Below are positions 14,180-28,005 of a stretch of DNA of 64,000 nt, one piece after another. The stretch comes from Octopus bimaculoides (Eukaryota). The translations under genes and the position numbers were made by a program. The notes beneath the pieces were generated by a model that had not been told where the DNA came from, made no database searches, and worked only from the letters and a program-made list of their open reading frames with translations. Positions within the stretch are counted from its first letter, which is position 1; each line of letters begins with the position of its first letter. The stretch covers positions 18,837,783 through 18,901,782 of the forward strand of contig NC_068986.1 in the NCBI RefSeq assembly GCF_001194135.2, read 5' to 3'.

Positions 14180-15111
14180 TCGTATACATACATACGTACA
14201 TACATACATGTATATGACTTGTGTCTGTGTGAGTTTATGATATTTTTAAATAATATTTTATTTAAATTTTCTTCTCGTATTTGCATTTGTTTAATTATTG
14301 TGCGTTATTAATTTTCTAATTTTAATTTACTTTTATTTGCAATTATTTATTACTTTGATGGTTCGTTTGAATATTGTATTTTTATTTTCATTTTTTGTTG
14401 TCTACTTTTAGTATAATTAATTTAACATTTACAAAATTACAAAAAAAAACACATATATAAACTTTTTAAAAAATTGAAATGAGACCAAGCTGTTTCCATT
14501 TTGTAATTATTTTCGTATTTTGAGAGATGAATGGTTTTTTTTTTAATATTTTGTTGGATTTGTTGTATTTACAGGGAATATTTTCATATTTTTTCACAGA
14601 TAGCGTCTGAAGTTGCTCACGAGAGTTCCGCCTACACAGCAGGTGTATAGAATCAGCTCTGAAGAACTCCAAGAAGTATAAAACGCAACAGATAGGGAAC
14701 AAAAGAAAAATACAAACACCAAAAGACGTGCGAAGATTAAAATGCAGATAAGATGATGGATTTTCCGTCCGACATTATCATAACGTTATTTTTTCATTCA
14801 ATCGATCAGTTAAATCTGTTTGATATACCAACATGAAAGAACTATCGCATGTCTTTCGATCTGTTCTCCTTTTTTCATTCTTTCTCATTGCAGCCATTTT
14901 TACATGAGTATTTTATTCAATTTTTTTTGTTTCGTTCTTTGTTTATGTAGTTTTTTTTCTTCTATAGAATCGGCTATTTGTAGCCGACCAAATTTTCTCT
15001 TTCAATTTCTTTCACACTTCTTTTGTAAATTACTTTGTTTTCATTACTTCAGCTTTTTAAGTTTTCCCCTTAAGCATTTATTTTCATATTTTCTTTCTCA
15101 TTTAAGTATTA

Positions 15112-15184
<73 letters not shown>

Positions 15185-15329
15185 CATCATCATCATCATC
15201 ATTATTATTATTAATATTATTACTATCATCAACAGTATCATCATCATCATCATTATTGCCACCATCATCGTCGTCATTGTTGTCCACGTCTTCGTCATCG
15301 TCATCATCATCATATCCTATTTGGTACCC

Positions 15330-15540
15330 TATAATATGATAATATCATATTGTCCAATGTCATGTCTTTCTTAAACATTTTCAGTACAACATTGGATCTT
15401 GCTACTCAGCACTGGCTTATGAAAATTATATTCTCTCGGGTAACTAGTAACTATTACATTGAAAATTAATATTTAGCATGTCTTCAGGTACTCACTGCTC
15501 CTTACCAGATGGCTAATGCGATTGGTGGGATTTGTACATC
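15330..15540 (-). mobile_element. Possible very decayed R4/Dong-type LINE 3' end
   Basis: The minus strand reads PIALAIW*GAVST*RHAKY, similar to PIIVGILGAVSKNIEKY of the 38900-39340 element. It runs into a (GAT)n/(AAT)n tract at 15310-15108. Weak. Confidence 0.3.
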
Positions 15541-16475
15541 TAGAACAAATTATGCGCAAAACAATTGTTTTGGTTTAAACGAGGTAACGAAAAAACTACT
15601 GGTAAAGGCTTTGGATAATTTGTAGCCTAACAAAGCTAACGAGAGGCACTATCTGCCCGCGATAAATCTTGCAATTGCGGAAGTAACGTCGTTGGACAAA
15701 TGCCTGAAAAGAGTGCAAGCTGAAGAAATCAAAATGCAATAGTACAATGTTTTTGTATTCCTAACTTGAGATATGTCGAGAGTTGTTGTCGCGTGTAACG
15801 TGAAACATGATTACCGGCTGAGTACATCGTGACGATCAAGTGTACCATCAGAATTTTAAAAAGCCAGGCAACCAATGTTTCTCAGGTTACTGGAGGCGAG
15901 TTGTGTAAAAGTGAGTGAAACGTGTTAGTGCTCTTCATCCCACAAACGTATCGTTATGTGATTAGGGGTCAACAAAAACAACCTCAGCCATACATACATT
16001 TAAAGTAGACAAGTGATAAATTCTTGAAGAATATAAAATCTTATGGTTGCTATCTCTTGTGATGTTTTCTAAGACATGGCACAGATGGACTGATAGACCT
16101 ATAAACCTCAGCTACTTTCGAAGATTCAACTGTTTCGGCCCAAACATGGCTAGCTGCTTCACAGCATATTGCCGAAGGTGATGGGCGCAAATAACACAAA
16201 AGAAAGTTGAGACAAAGAGAAATCAACAAATAAAATGAAGTCACTCAAATGAAATTACATACCAGAAAAGTGTAGAAATATACAGGGAAAAAGTCAAAAA
16301 CTAAGAAGTGTACAATGCAGCACTATGCCATGACTTAAAGAAAACAGATGCGAGTTTGACGTTTTGTTTGACAGACAAAAGGTGAATTTAGAACGCATAT
16401 TTATTTAAAACAATAACAAACTCAACATCCAACTCGTGCGCAAGGATGATTTTTGTTAACTTTTTGTTATATGTA

Positions 16476-16518
<43 letters not shown>

Positions 16519-16835
16519 GTACCCGTGTCTTTCTGTGTCTGTTTATGCATGTGTGGGAGTGTGTGCTTGTATGTGAGTGTGTGCTCGTTGCATGCGAGTG
16601 TGTGTGTCTATATGTGTGTATGTGTGATGATCTATTGTTCACTTTTGTATATTAAATTGAACTTTTATTTATTTATTGTTCTTTTGATTTTTCTATCATC
16701 GGCGGTCTCATTTCTGTGGTTCTTGTTACTTGAATGTAACCTTGTACAAATTTCATTCTCGTTCCTTACACGTGATATTTGGGATTTTAACCGCATACAT
16801 ATATAAGCGTGTGTGTGTGTGTGAGTGTGTGTGTA

Positions 16836-16869
<34 letters not shown>

Positions 16870-16878
16870 CATACATAC

Positions 16879-16919
<41 letters not shown>

Positions 16920-17389
16920 CGTGTGTGTGTGTGTGTATTTCAGTGTATGCGCATGTGTTTCTGTATGTGTCTGTCTGATAGTCTGTGAGAATGTGTATGA
17001 TGGTGTATTTTCATATACATCATTTTCATCAGCGATTAACTACACCGGTACTACACATTCCCGCTACTGTCTTGTCCTAAGGTTACAATTGCTATTCACT
17101 TATGATATATATTCGCCTTCTGAATATCCTATGTAGTGCGTGCGTATGTATGTGTGTGTATATGCGTATTATTCGCATNNNNNNNNNNNNNNNNNNNNNN
17201 NNNNNNNNNNNNNNNNNNNNNNNNNNNNNNNNNNNNNNNNNNNNNNNNNNNNNNNNNNNNNNNNNNNNNNNNNNNNNNNNNNNNNNNNNNNNNNNNNNNN
17301 NNNNNNNNNNNNNNNNNNNNNNNNNNNNNNNNNNNNNNNNNNNNNNNNNNNNNNNNNNNNNNNNNNNNNNNNNNNNNNNNNNNNNATAT

Positions 17390-17474
<85 letters not shown>

Positions 17475-17880
17475 AAGGGATATATAATGAGATCTGTTGA
17501 CATTTATGCATCAAAGTATATATTTAAGATAAGACATTATACACATTAATATTAAAGAAAATACTACGATAAGAACAGTAATCATGACATATTTGATCAT
17601 ACTATATAATTATTTTAGATGTACGAGTATTTCAAAAGATATAAAATACCATTCTCTGCATAAATGCCCCACGGGAATGTGTTAATTGTTCTAATTTCAT
17701 TACAACAACATATCCAATACACCAATGCAGCAAGTATCTTTGAAGGAGGGCGAGGTTATTGTTTATTGAAAATCAATACTCAGCAATATGCATATACAAA
17801 CACAAAAGCTAATTATATATGTATCAATGTACATATATATGCTTATGTATATACGAAAAAATGTATATATATATATGTAA

Positions 17881-17918
<38 letters not shown>

Positions 17919-19463
17919 NNNNNNNNNNNNNNNNNNNNNNNNNNNNNNNNNNNNNNNNNNNNNNNNNNNNNNNNNNNNNNNNNNNNNNNNNNNNNNNNNN
18001 NNNNNNNNNNNNNNNNNNNNNNNNNNNNNNNNNNNNNNNNNNNNNNNNNNNNNNNNNNNNNNNNNNNNNNNNNNNNNNNNNNNNNNNNNNNNNNNNNNNN
18101 NNNNNNNNNNNNNNNNNNNNNNNNNNNNNNNNNNNNNNNNNNNNNNNNNNNNNNNNNNNNNNNNNNNNNNNNNNNNNNNNNNNNNNNNNNNNNNNNNNNN
18201 NNNNNNNNNNNNNNNNNNNNNNNNNNNNNNNNNNNNNNNNNNNNNNNNNNNNNNNNNNNNNNNNNNNNNNNNNNNNNNNNNNNNNNNNNNNNNNNNNNNN
18301 NNNNNNNNNNNNNNNNNNNNNNNNNNNNNNNNNNNNNNNNNNNNNNNNNNNNNNNNNNNNNNNNNNNNNNNNNNNNNNNNNNNNNNNNNNNNNNNNNNNN
18401 NNNNNNNNNNNNNNNNNNNNNNNNNNNNNNNNNNNNNNNNNNNNNNNNNNNNNNNNNNNNNNNNNNNNNNNNNNNNNNNNNNNNNNNNNNNNNNNNNNNN
18501 NNNNNNNNNNNNNNNNNNNNNNNNNNNNNNNNNNNNNNNNNNNNNNNNNNNNNNNNNNNNNNNNNNNNNNNNNNNNNNNNNNNNNNNNNNNNNNNNNNNN
18601 NNNNNNNNNNNNNNNNNNNNNNNNNNNNNNNNNNNNNNNNNNNNNNNNNNNNNNNNNNNNNNNNNNNNNNNNNNNNNNNNNNNNNNNNNNNNNNNNNNNN
18701 NNNNNNNNNNNNNTATATATATATATATATATATATATATGCATGTATGTATGTATGTATATAGTTGTATATGTATATGCCATATCCTTTCTTGTAAAGC
18801 CTGTGTTCCTGACTTTTAATTTCAAAACTGAAATTGCTTTATAGATAAAACAAAACCGTTTAAATCCTCGAATACTGGAATAATTAAATTGCTGTTCTGG
18901 TTCGTATGGTATTGTACTTATTGTTATTCTAATAGATCAAAGCAAATATTAAATTCATTGTAGGTGTTAGTATGGCATTCTAAAAATGTATAGGCAGTTT
19001 ACATTTCTATAATGAATAATATATGTATTGAAGTTTCCTTCTCTCTGATCATGTTAATATGTTTAATTGCACATACTTACATCTATATGTGTACGCGTAT
19101 CACAATGTTTGAGCGTATATATGTGTTTATCTTTTACGCTTTATCGTGAATCTTTTGCATCATTCAATCTTTAGACTACATCTATCCTTGTGTACCAAAC
19201 TGAAATGTTTCATTCGAAATATAGTAACCTAGTGTTATGTTTTGTACTCTGATATTTAATATGTCATAGAATATAAACACAAAGGCAGAGACACATATAT
19301 ACATACATGAATATATACATACATCTATACATACATGCATGAATGCTTACATACATACGTATACAGGTATATTCATGTAAAGGTATGCATAAAACAGAAA
19401 GTAGAAACCTGCAAGTATACATCTTCTATATAAAATATGCCAGCGTGTGTTTGTTTGTTTGTT

Positions 19464-19510
<47 letters not shown>

Positions 19511-20074
19511 GTGTGTGTTCGCTTTACACGCGCAAACGGCTGCGCAAATTTCTTCCATTCTTGGGATGCATGAATAATTTGACATCGGATACGTAATAGG
19601 CTATTTATTAAAAATAAATAATATTTCTCTCNNNNNNNNNNNNNNNNNNNNNNNNNNNNNNNNNNNNNNNNNNNNNNNNNNNNNNNNNNNNNNNNNNNNN
19701 NNNNNNNNNNNNNNNNNNNNNNNNNNNNNNNNNNNNNNNNNNNNNNNNNNNNNNNNNNNNNNNNNNNNNNNNNNNNNNNNNNNNNNNNNNNNNNNNNNNN
19801 NNNNNNNNNNNNNNNNNNNNNNNNNNNNNNNNNNNNNNNNNNNNNNNNNNNNNNNNNNNNNNNNNNNNNNNNNNNNNNNNNNNNNNNNNNNNNNAAGTTC
19901 TTAATTCGATATTTCCAAAACATCTACGATAAATTACTGATAGAAATATTTACTATGTTCGCAAATTTCGCTTGAATCTGCTCACTTTGTAAATTTCCGT
20001 AACATGTTTTTATTTATTTACTTTTTGCTCGCCCTGTTCGGCTATATATATCTATAGTCAGTCACACATGCACA

Positions 20075-20470
20075 TGTGTGTTTTTTATGTACGTTTGTAT
20101 ACGCTTATGTGTGTTTCTGAGAGAGAGAGAGAGAGAGAGAGAGAAGGGGTGTGTTGTCATGTATACGTACATACATAAATACATATGCATACACCTGTTT
20201 TGTATGTATATGAGTGTGCGTGTGAGAGAGCGAGAGAGTGCGAGAGATGTCTAAGTCGCACTCTCTTTCTCACACACACTCACATACATACAAACAGGTG
20301 TATGCATATGTATTTATGTATGTTCGTATACATGACAACATATCCCTCCATATCCCTTCTCTCTCTTTCCTTCACACACACATGCACGCATACATACAAA
20401 AGATGTATGCATATTTATGTATGTACGTATACATGACCACACACCACTTCACTCGCTCTCTCCCTCTCTC
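20075..20470. repeat. Foldback-like inverted repeat built from ~95-nt subunits
   Basis: 20152-20243 pairs with 20256-20340 around a 12-nt loop. The core 20152-20200 versus 20292-20340 is 48/49 complementary. A further tandem subunit lies at ~20372-20445. Confidence 0.9.
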
Positions 20471-20759
20471 TCACATACACATGTCCATTTCATTTGACGT
20501 TTGATACTGTATGTATGTGTACGTGCTCGCGTACGTTCGGTGTTCCATAATCACCATTTATTTCAATCACTCTTGTGCAGATATTCACGTAACTCAGCGT
20601 TCATTTCATCCCCATTTTAATTTCTAAAATAGCTTCCAATGAAGTAGATGATCAGTATTCTAAATTGAAGCAAAGGCGAGTACAAGTAGTCAATGTGGAC
20701 TTCCAAAATTTAAACACGCAATACATTCCAAAATGTTTAAATCGTCGGGATCTTAGTTG

Positions 20760-20915
20760 CCAACCACTATTGTTTGACAACCGACGTAAAGTACCTGTTC
20801 TGCAAAGGAGGCTGATAGTATAAGTACTAGGTTCACAAAGCAGACGTCCTGGAGTCGATTACGGTGACGAAAAAACACTTTAATGCGGTGCTCCAGCAAT
20901 GTGACTTTCACAATA
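20760..20915 (+). mobile_element. SINE family B, 3' portion
   Basis: ttgtttgacaaccga...ataagtactagg...gtcctggagtcgatt...gcggtgctccagca matches the family-B 3' body. Confidence 0.65.
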
Positions 20916-22051
20916 ATTTAATGAAATAGCTCTGAAATTCATCTGACAGCCAAACTATTTTTTATATTTCGATAATATATTTTATGTTAGAATATCAATA
21001 CGTGGAACGATCAATGAGAGTTTGTGTATTTTTTAAGTACTCGCGTACGTGCATGCGTGCAAACCTGACCTTCATTTCTCGGGTGTCTCTATATGTTTAC
21101 ACGTATCCCCTCTTCCGTGTTTGTGTATCTATTTTCCCGTCTACTTCGGCTTATATTTCCCTAAAATCGTATATATGTCTGTATATATGTACATATATAT
21201 GTTTGTATATATACAAACATTCACGCACGCGCATCCTCAAACACGCATATATATATATATATATATATATATANNNNNNNNNNNNNNNNNNNNNNNNNNN
21301 NNNNNNNNNNNNNNNNNNNNNNNNNNNNNNNNNNNNNNNNNNNNNNNNNNNNNNNNNNNNNNNNNNNNNNNNNNNNNNNNNNNNNNNNNNNNNNNNNNNN
21401 NNNNNNNNNNNNNNNNNNNNNNNNNATATATATATATATATAATATATATATAGATATTTATTTATTTATCACTGTGTATGTGTTAATAGATGCATGGGT
21501 ATGTAGTAATATGTGAATGTATATTCATATTAGATATTAAAGTGGTAGTTATTTATCAGTATCTACCTCCAGAATTCTCAACTTTCTGATAACGTTTGAT
21601 CTGTTCCTTGATCTACAAATCACAAGACACTGTACGATTAATATCTGTGGAATGAATCGAACAAACGTAAACTTACCCTATCTCTCAGTAGCATTCACCG
21701 ATATAAAATTACTACTAGATTAATCCCGAATATATGTGTGGATCTGATTATACAACTGCAAGAATGCTTGATTGCATAAGGAAAATGTTTACATCAGAAC
21801 GATGACAGTCATAATGTTCTTTTCAGTTTTATTGGCATCATCTCGTTCATTGTACATACTGAATAGACGATACTATTCAACTAGATTTCCTCGCCAAGAC
21901 CCTCTTAGATTTCATGTTATCAAAATACCATAACTTGAAAACTACTCATGTTATGTATGGAAGTGTATAATTCATTTCACCTGATGCTTAGATTCTAAAG
22001 TATCGTATTGTTAGATGTTTATTTTGTGTTTTATCCTTTATGCTTTACTCG

Positions 22052-22240
22052 TGTCAGTAATGTAACGGTGGCCATGCTGGAGGACCGCCTTCACCGGTTG
22101 CTCGAACAAATCAACCCCAGCCATCATCTCTATGTTAAGTCTGGTACTTATTCTACAGGTCACTCTCGCCAAACTACTAATGTTATGGGACGTAAAAAAA
22201 CAATACCAGTTCTCATGGGGATAAACGCTACGACAAACAA
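22052..22240 (-). mobile_element. SINE family B, 3' portion
   Basis: ggccatgctggaggaccgcc...aaatcaaccccag...ggtacttattcta is collinear with 41461-41620. It explains ORF 22008..22403. Confidence 0.75.
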
Positions 22241-22257
22241 TCATACGTCTATCTATG

Positions 22258-22316
<59 letters not shown>

Positions 22317-23482
22317 AAATGTGTCTCTCTGTATATATGTATGTATGTATGTACGTGTATATATATTATTTTATTTAAAAGAGTTTTATTTATATTCTTG
22401 TAAAATTAATGTGGGATATAGAATATGGAATATATAATATATAATATAAAAATGGATGGTACAATGAAATGAAGTATTGAATATCTTATTGAATATATGA
22501 AATATGTCTTGTTGAATATATGAAATACTGAGTGTTCAATATAAAGAATTAAATATATAAAGGCGAATACGTATTTTCATACCTTGTGGTATTCATCATC
22601 GCCTACGTGTGACAGACTGTAATATATATATATATATATAGTTTCAGATCGCTATCTCATCGTTTCCATGATATTCATCTTCTCAGAACAAAGGGAACTT
22701 ATTCTCCGGCGAGAGAATTATGAATATAAGCGGCTGCTTAATTTCACAGAAATAGAATCAAAATGCACATTGTATCGTAACATGTTATCTGTTCAAAGGG
22801 ATTTTCTTGACGTCAACCTAATTGATTTGATGTTATGAGAATACAAAAAGATGGAATACGTAAAACGCATCTTATTATAGGGACACCTAATTAAAATCGT
22901 CTGAAGAGTAGATTCCAGATGACCAAATTGAGATCAATAGAATGATTTTCATCGAAAGTCTTGTCATTCAGGGATTACCTGGAGCAAAATATCTTTATCA
23001 TCACCGTTGCGGTCGTCGTCGTCCTCGTCGTCGTCGTCGTCGCCGTCGCCGCCGTCGCAGCCGTCGTCGTCACCGCTGTCGTTGTTGCCGTCGTCGTCGT
23101 CATCATCATCATCATCATCGACAGTAGCAACAAGTATAGCCAAAAGGAAAAGAAAGAAAATAATTAATGTAATGAAATCTCGATCAATAACAATAATTAT
23201 AAGGATATTCTGTGTGAATCTGAATTACTTTGCGGAATATTGAACATCATGCAAACCTGCCCTTTTGCGTATTAATTATGGATAGCGCTGCCCTGAGGTC
23301 TTTTCTCATAACTTTATTTTTGCTGTTTTTAATGATTGCTTCTACATTCATTCTATTCCTATATTTACTCACCATTTCTGAATACTTTCAATTGTTTAGA
23401 TAATCATTTATTATGGGCATCTAGCAACATTGAAACATTTTCTTGGTGTTCAATTGTTAACTTTCATAACTAGGTTCCAATT

Positions 23483-24130
23483 ATGAAGAAAAGAGAGGAT
23501 GAAACCAATAAACTATCCATAGTCTCTCTACCCCTTGTAAAAGGCCTCTCCGAAAAGATTCAAAAGATATGCGGCCCATATGACACCAGGGCAGTGTTCA
23601 AGAGTAATACAACGCTTCGCAAATATCTCCTTCGAGTAAAACCACCAATAGAATAGAGTATGGGTGTACTCCATCCTGTTGTAGCTGTGGTAGGTTTTAC
23701 ACAGGCGAAACAAGTCGCCCCCTCAAAATAAAAGTAGACGAAAATCGCAAAGCTGTGACACGAGGAGATATTGATAAATCGGGTATAGCTGATCATGTAT
23801 GGAAAAATGGATACCACCTACCGCTATGGGATGAAGTTAAAATAATAGACAGAGAACACCACTGGAAAACACGAAAACTAAAAGAAACAACACATATGTT
23901 AGGACACAACAATCGCCTGAGCAAACTGAGTGCAGATATGAGCAGCATATGCGAACCGGTATTAAAGAAGGATAGATAAATATTAGATTTATAAGACATA
24001 AAGTTCACTCCATAATTGCCCACGGGCATATGGCAAAGTGGTTAAGAGATAGCATGTTCCTTAAATCGTTTTGTTATAGACCTATATTGGTTTTGTGTGA
24101 AGCCCTGTTGCCTAGCGAACAGTGTGCTGC
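23483..24130 (+). mobile_element. Penelope-like element (Poseidon-like) 3' remnant: GIY-YIG endonuclease plus downstream pLTR region
   Basis: Reads ...SLPLVKGLSEKIQKICGPYDTRAVFKSNTTLRKYLLRVKPPIE* then, after a frameshift, VYSI-CSCGRFYTGETSRPLK...KSGIADHVWKNGYHLPLWDEVKIIDREHHWKTRKLKE...*, ending at 23979. This is the typical PLE linker plus GIY-YIG; the copy has a stop and a frameshift. Confidence 0.9.
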
Positions 24131-25236
24131 ACTTAAAATCGGAGGGTCGTGATATCGCTTCTCGGATCGGGTGGTGTGAAATGTTCTGTAGGAAAATATT
24201 TTATTTCATGCTGCTCTACTCTAAGTAGCTACAAACATGTAACCGCATTCCTGTTCCAGGATGTATTGTACGCCTTGGAAAACGGTGGGAAACTGGCTGC
24301 TTTGGCTCTAGGATTCAAGACAATACTTTCTATTGCTGTTGTAATAAGTTTTGACATATCTTAATTTTATCGCGTTTATGAAATAACAGTCTTTTAGTTG
24401 ATGGTTTACTGATTTCAGGTGCGGATATCAAAAGTAACTAGAATCCAGTATGGTTAATATAATCGATCATTTTTATTAATTCCCACATCTTTGTAGTAAC
24501 GATTTAATTTCCGTTGGTTTTAATGCACAAGCAACCACATAAGCCGAAAATTTAAAAGATAAATTAGACAAAGCGGTGACTTTGTTTGGATTTTTATAAC
24601 TACATCTGGCACAGTAATTTCTTCATTGAGCTCAATATCCTGCTTGAGCAAATAATTTATTAAATAGGTAGATGACCTCAAACTTGAGGATGTGTTATAC
24701 TATAATATATCGATATAGTATTATACGATTCTTTCTTTATTACATTGAGTTTTCAAGTATGGAAGGCAAAGTCGATCTACGAGTACATATGGCAGTGGAT
24801 GACAGCATCGACAAACGTAGAATTTAGCGTCTTGCGGAATATGTTCATTCCACAGAACAAAATTAATGAAATGATAATAGAAGTTTGCATGTAACAAGCC
24901 ATGTATTTTATGCATCAGTATCATGGCTGACACATTTGAAGCAAACTTTACGTCTGTGATTCGAGAAAAGTTCTACATTCAGTCTCACTGGTGCGGGTTT
25001 TTCTTCCCTATTGCTATACATCTCGGCTTACATAGCGGGGAATGCACCCAGTCGGCTACTAATTCTGACATACCTCTGTCAATGCAGTAGTCAACGAAAA
25101 TAGTGTATCTTAATTAAGCCTGTGACGTAAAGCATTTCGAGTTTCTTATGTGACAATTCCACGAGAAAATAATAGCTTTTCTTTTTGACATTTCTAATCG
25201 GTTCATTATATCTTCCTATAAAACAATGTTCTTTAT

Positions 25237-25302
<66 letters not shown>

Positions 25303-25421
25303 NNNNNNNNNNNNNNNNCTCTCTCTACCTCTCTCTCTCTCCCTCTCTCCCTCTCTCTCTCCCTCTCTCCATCTCTATATCCCTCTCTCTCTCTCTCTTT
25401 CTCTCTTTCTCTCTCTCTCTC

Positions 25422-25452
<31 letters not shown>

Positions 25453-26507
25453 GAGAGTGTGTGAACATTTTTCTGCCGTAAACGAGGTTTACACTATAAG
25501 TAGTCAGAACATGCTATATTATTTTTATCTACATTGTTTATATCTGAAACAATGATGTGATCTCCTTATCGAATTACTGAATAACTCGAAACTCAGGACG
25601 ATTTCTTCTATTCTCCAGGCCAACTCAATGAAAACAATAATTATGTACACCGTCGATATTCCAAATCCAATTGCGAATATGAGGTATATAAAGGCGATAT
25701 CTATCAGACAAATGAAACTGTCTCACTAGGATTTAAAAACAAATAATTCTTACACTCCTCTATTCCCATTTATTCCAGCATACGGTAAAAGTGTCAATCA
25801 AACTCACTTGTGCTAATCTAATAAATGAGATGTTCATGAAGAAAATCGATCGTACAAGTCTTGTGAGGAATAAAAGGCTACTAGACTAACAGCATAATTA
25901 TTTTACTGTGGTAACACAAATGAATGCTTACGTTCAGTTCAACGAATATTCTACACACCTAAACTAGACGCATCCCTAGCACCATCATAGCATCACCGAG
26001 AGTACAAACCAAACACATAGAGTAAGCAATTTGTAGTCAAGTAAATGGGTCCTAAAGCTATCGTGCTACATTATATGACGATTAACTCCCCATCAACTGC
26101 TGTTATTCTTCAGTATATAAGTAAGCTTTTTATATCGGATCTCCAGTATTTAAATAACCAACTATATGCAGAGTCAAAGAAGACAAATTAGATCATCTAA
26201 CGTGATTTAGAAGATCAGATATTCAGAGATTATTCAAGATTATTCGAAATTATCATTCAAACTGTTTCCTCTTATGTTATATTTTATAAACAAATTCTTT
26301 GCGAGTTACGCAGTTTGGTGATAATAGTTTACACAATAGTTATACTTACTTCCTCAGCACCAGGACCAGAAAATACTTCTAAGATGTTCTTAAAAATTAC
26401 TACATGACTATAACCACTGACAATGACGCAGCGAGCTTCTAGTTGTTGAATATTTTTATAAGGATAAAGAGAAAGAAAGATATATGAATGCACTTAATAT
26501 ATTTTAT

Positions 26508-26830
26508 AGGTGCAGGAGTGGCTGTGTGATAAGTAGCTTGGCTACCAACCACATGGTTCTGGGTGGAGTCACACTGCGTGGCGTCTTGGGCAGGTGTCTT
26601 CTAATATAGCCTCGGTCCGACCAAAACCTTGTGAGTGCATTACATAGACGGAAACTAAAAGAAAGCCGTCGTATATATATATATATATATGTGTGTGTTT
26701 GTGCGTGCATGTCTGTCCCCCAATCTTGTTTGACAACCGATGCTGTCCTGTTTACGGCTCCGTAACTCAGTTGTTCGGCGAAAGAGAGTTACGAATTAAG
26801 TACTAGGCTTACAAAGAATAAGTCGTGGGT
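26508..26830 (+). mobile_element. SINE family B, near full length
   Basis: aggtgcaggagtggctgtgtgataagtagcttgg...cttgggcaggtgtcttctaatatagcctcgg...agacggaaactaaaagaaagccgtcg(ta)n...aagtactaggcttacaaagaataagtc. Confidence 0.9.
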
Positions 26831-26959
26831 TGGGATAGGAAAGCCTTTTTTCCTGTCGAGGTCTTGTATGCTCCTTTATGAGACTATTTTTTTTAGTCAT
26901 TGCACGGTGATCGCCATAAGCGTTAAGCTTATATAAACATACCATAATCATTATTTACA

Positions 26960-27000
<41 letters not shown>

Positions 27001-27504
27001 TTCATACACACAAGCACACGCACACACACAGATGCGCGCGCACGCATGCACACACAAGTACATAGGTACCCAAAGACACTCACACACAGGCATAACACAC
27101 AGACACAAAGTCACACACATATACACACACACACACATACACATGTAAAATGACATTGTGGTTAGAACGATCTTGCACTAGTAATGTCTTTACAATTTTG
27201 TTACAAACGCATGCTTAATGAGTCGTGGCAAATCTTGGACAATTAACGTATTATTGCAATGTGCCACACATTAAAAATCGATTGTATAACTTCATAATAG
27301 AAAGCGGTGTATATAGAAACTATAGACTCAGTTCATTATAAGTCATCCGTTTCGAATCTTCACATTAAATATTGAATTATAGAACGGTTTTAATGATTTC
27401 AATTCTTTCATAATACAACTGAAAGAATCTAGGTGATTAACATACATAAAATACACACAAATAAACATACATATATTATGATATATAATTATATAGTTTT
27501 ATAT

Positions 27505-27557
<53 letters not shown>

Positions 27558-27947
27558 NNNNNNNNNNNNNNNNNNNNNNNNNNNNNNNNNNNNNNNNNNN
27601 NNNNNNNNNNNNNNNNNNNNNNNNNNNNNNNNNNNNNNNNNNNNNNNNNNNNNNNNNNNNNNNNNNNNNNNNNNNNNNNNNNNNNNNNNNNNNNNNNNNN
27701 NNNNNNNNNNNNNNNNNNNNNNNNNNNNNNNNNNNNNNNNNNNNNNNNNNNNNNNNNNNNNNNNNNNNNNNNNNNNNNNNNNNNNNNNNNNNNNNNNNNN
27801 NNNNNNNNNNNNNNNNNNNNNNNNNNNNNNNNNNNNNNNNNNNNNNNNNNNNNNNNNNNNNNNNNNNNNNNNNNNNNNNNNNNNNNNNNNNNNNNNNNNN
27901 NNNNNNNNNNNNNNNNNNNNNNNNNNNNNNNNNNNNNNNNNNNNNNN

Positions 27948-28005
<58 letters not shown>

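Noticed and set aside
15488-15583. 96-nt phase-0 exon-like segment VLTAPYQMANAIGGICTSRTNYAQNNCFGLNE, vaguely ADAM-like
   Set aside because: No HExxH or other supporting exon is visible, and the opposite strand is explained about as well by a decayed R4/Dong 3' end.
21677-21756. Minus-strand segment with good acceptor and AGG|gtaagt donor
   Set aside because: All three frames contain stops; no support as a coding exon.
22640-22700. Minus-strand ctgagaagatgaatatcatggaaac, hammerhead-like spacing
   Set aside because: The core does not match CUGANGA and stems I/III do not pair.
24260-24354. Cys-rich peptide GCIVRLGKRWETGCFGSRIQDNTFYCCCNKF* resembling a three-finger/activin-receptor box
   Set aside because: It lacks the terminal CN motif, the CCC comes from a tgctgttgt low-complexity run, there is no partner exon, and it lies next to a PLE 3' region.
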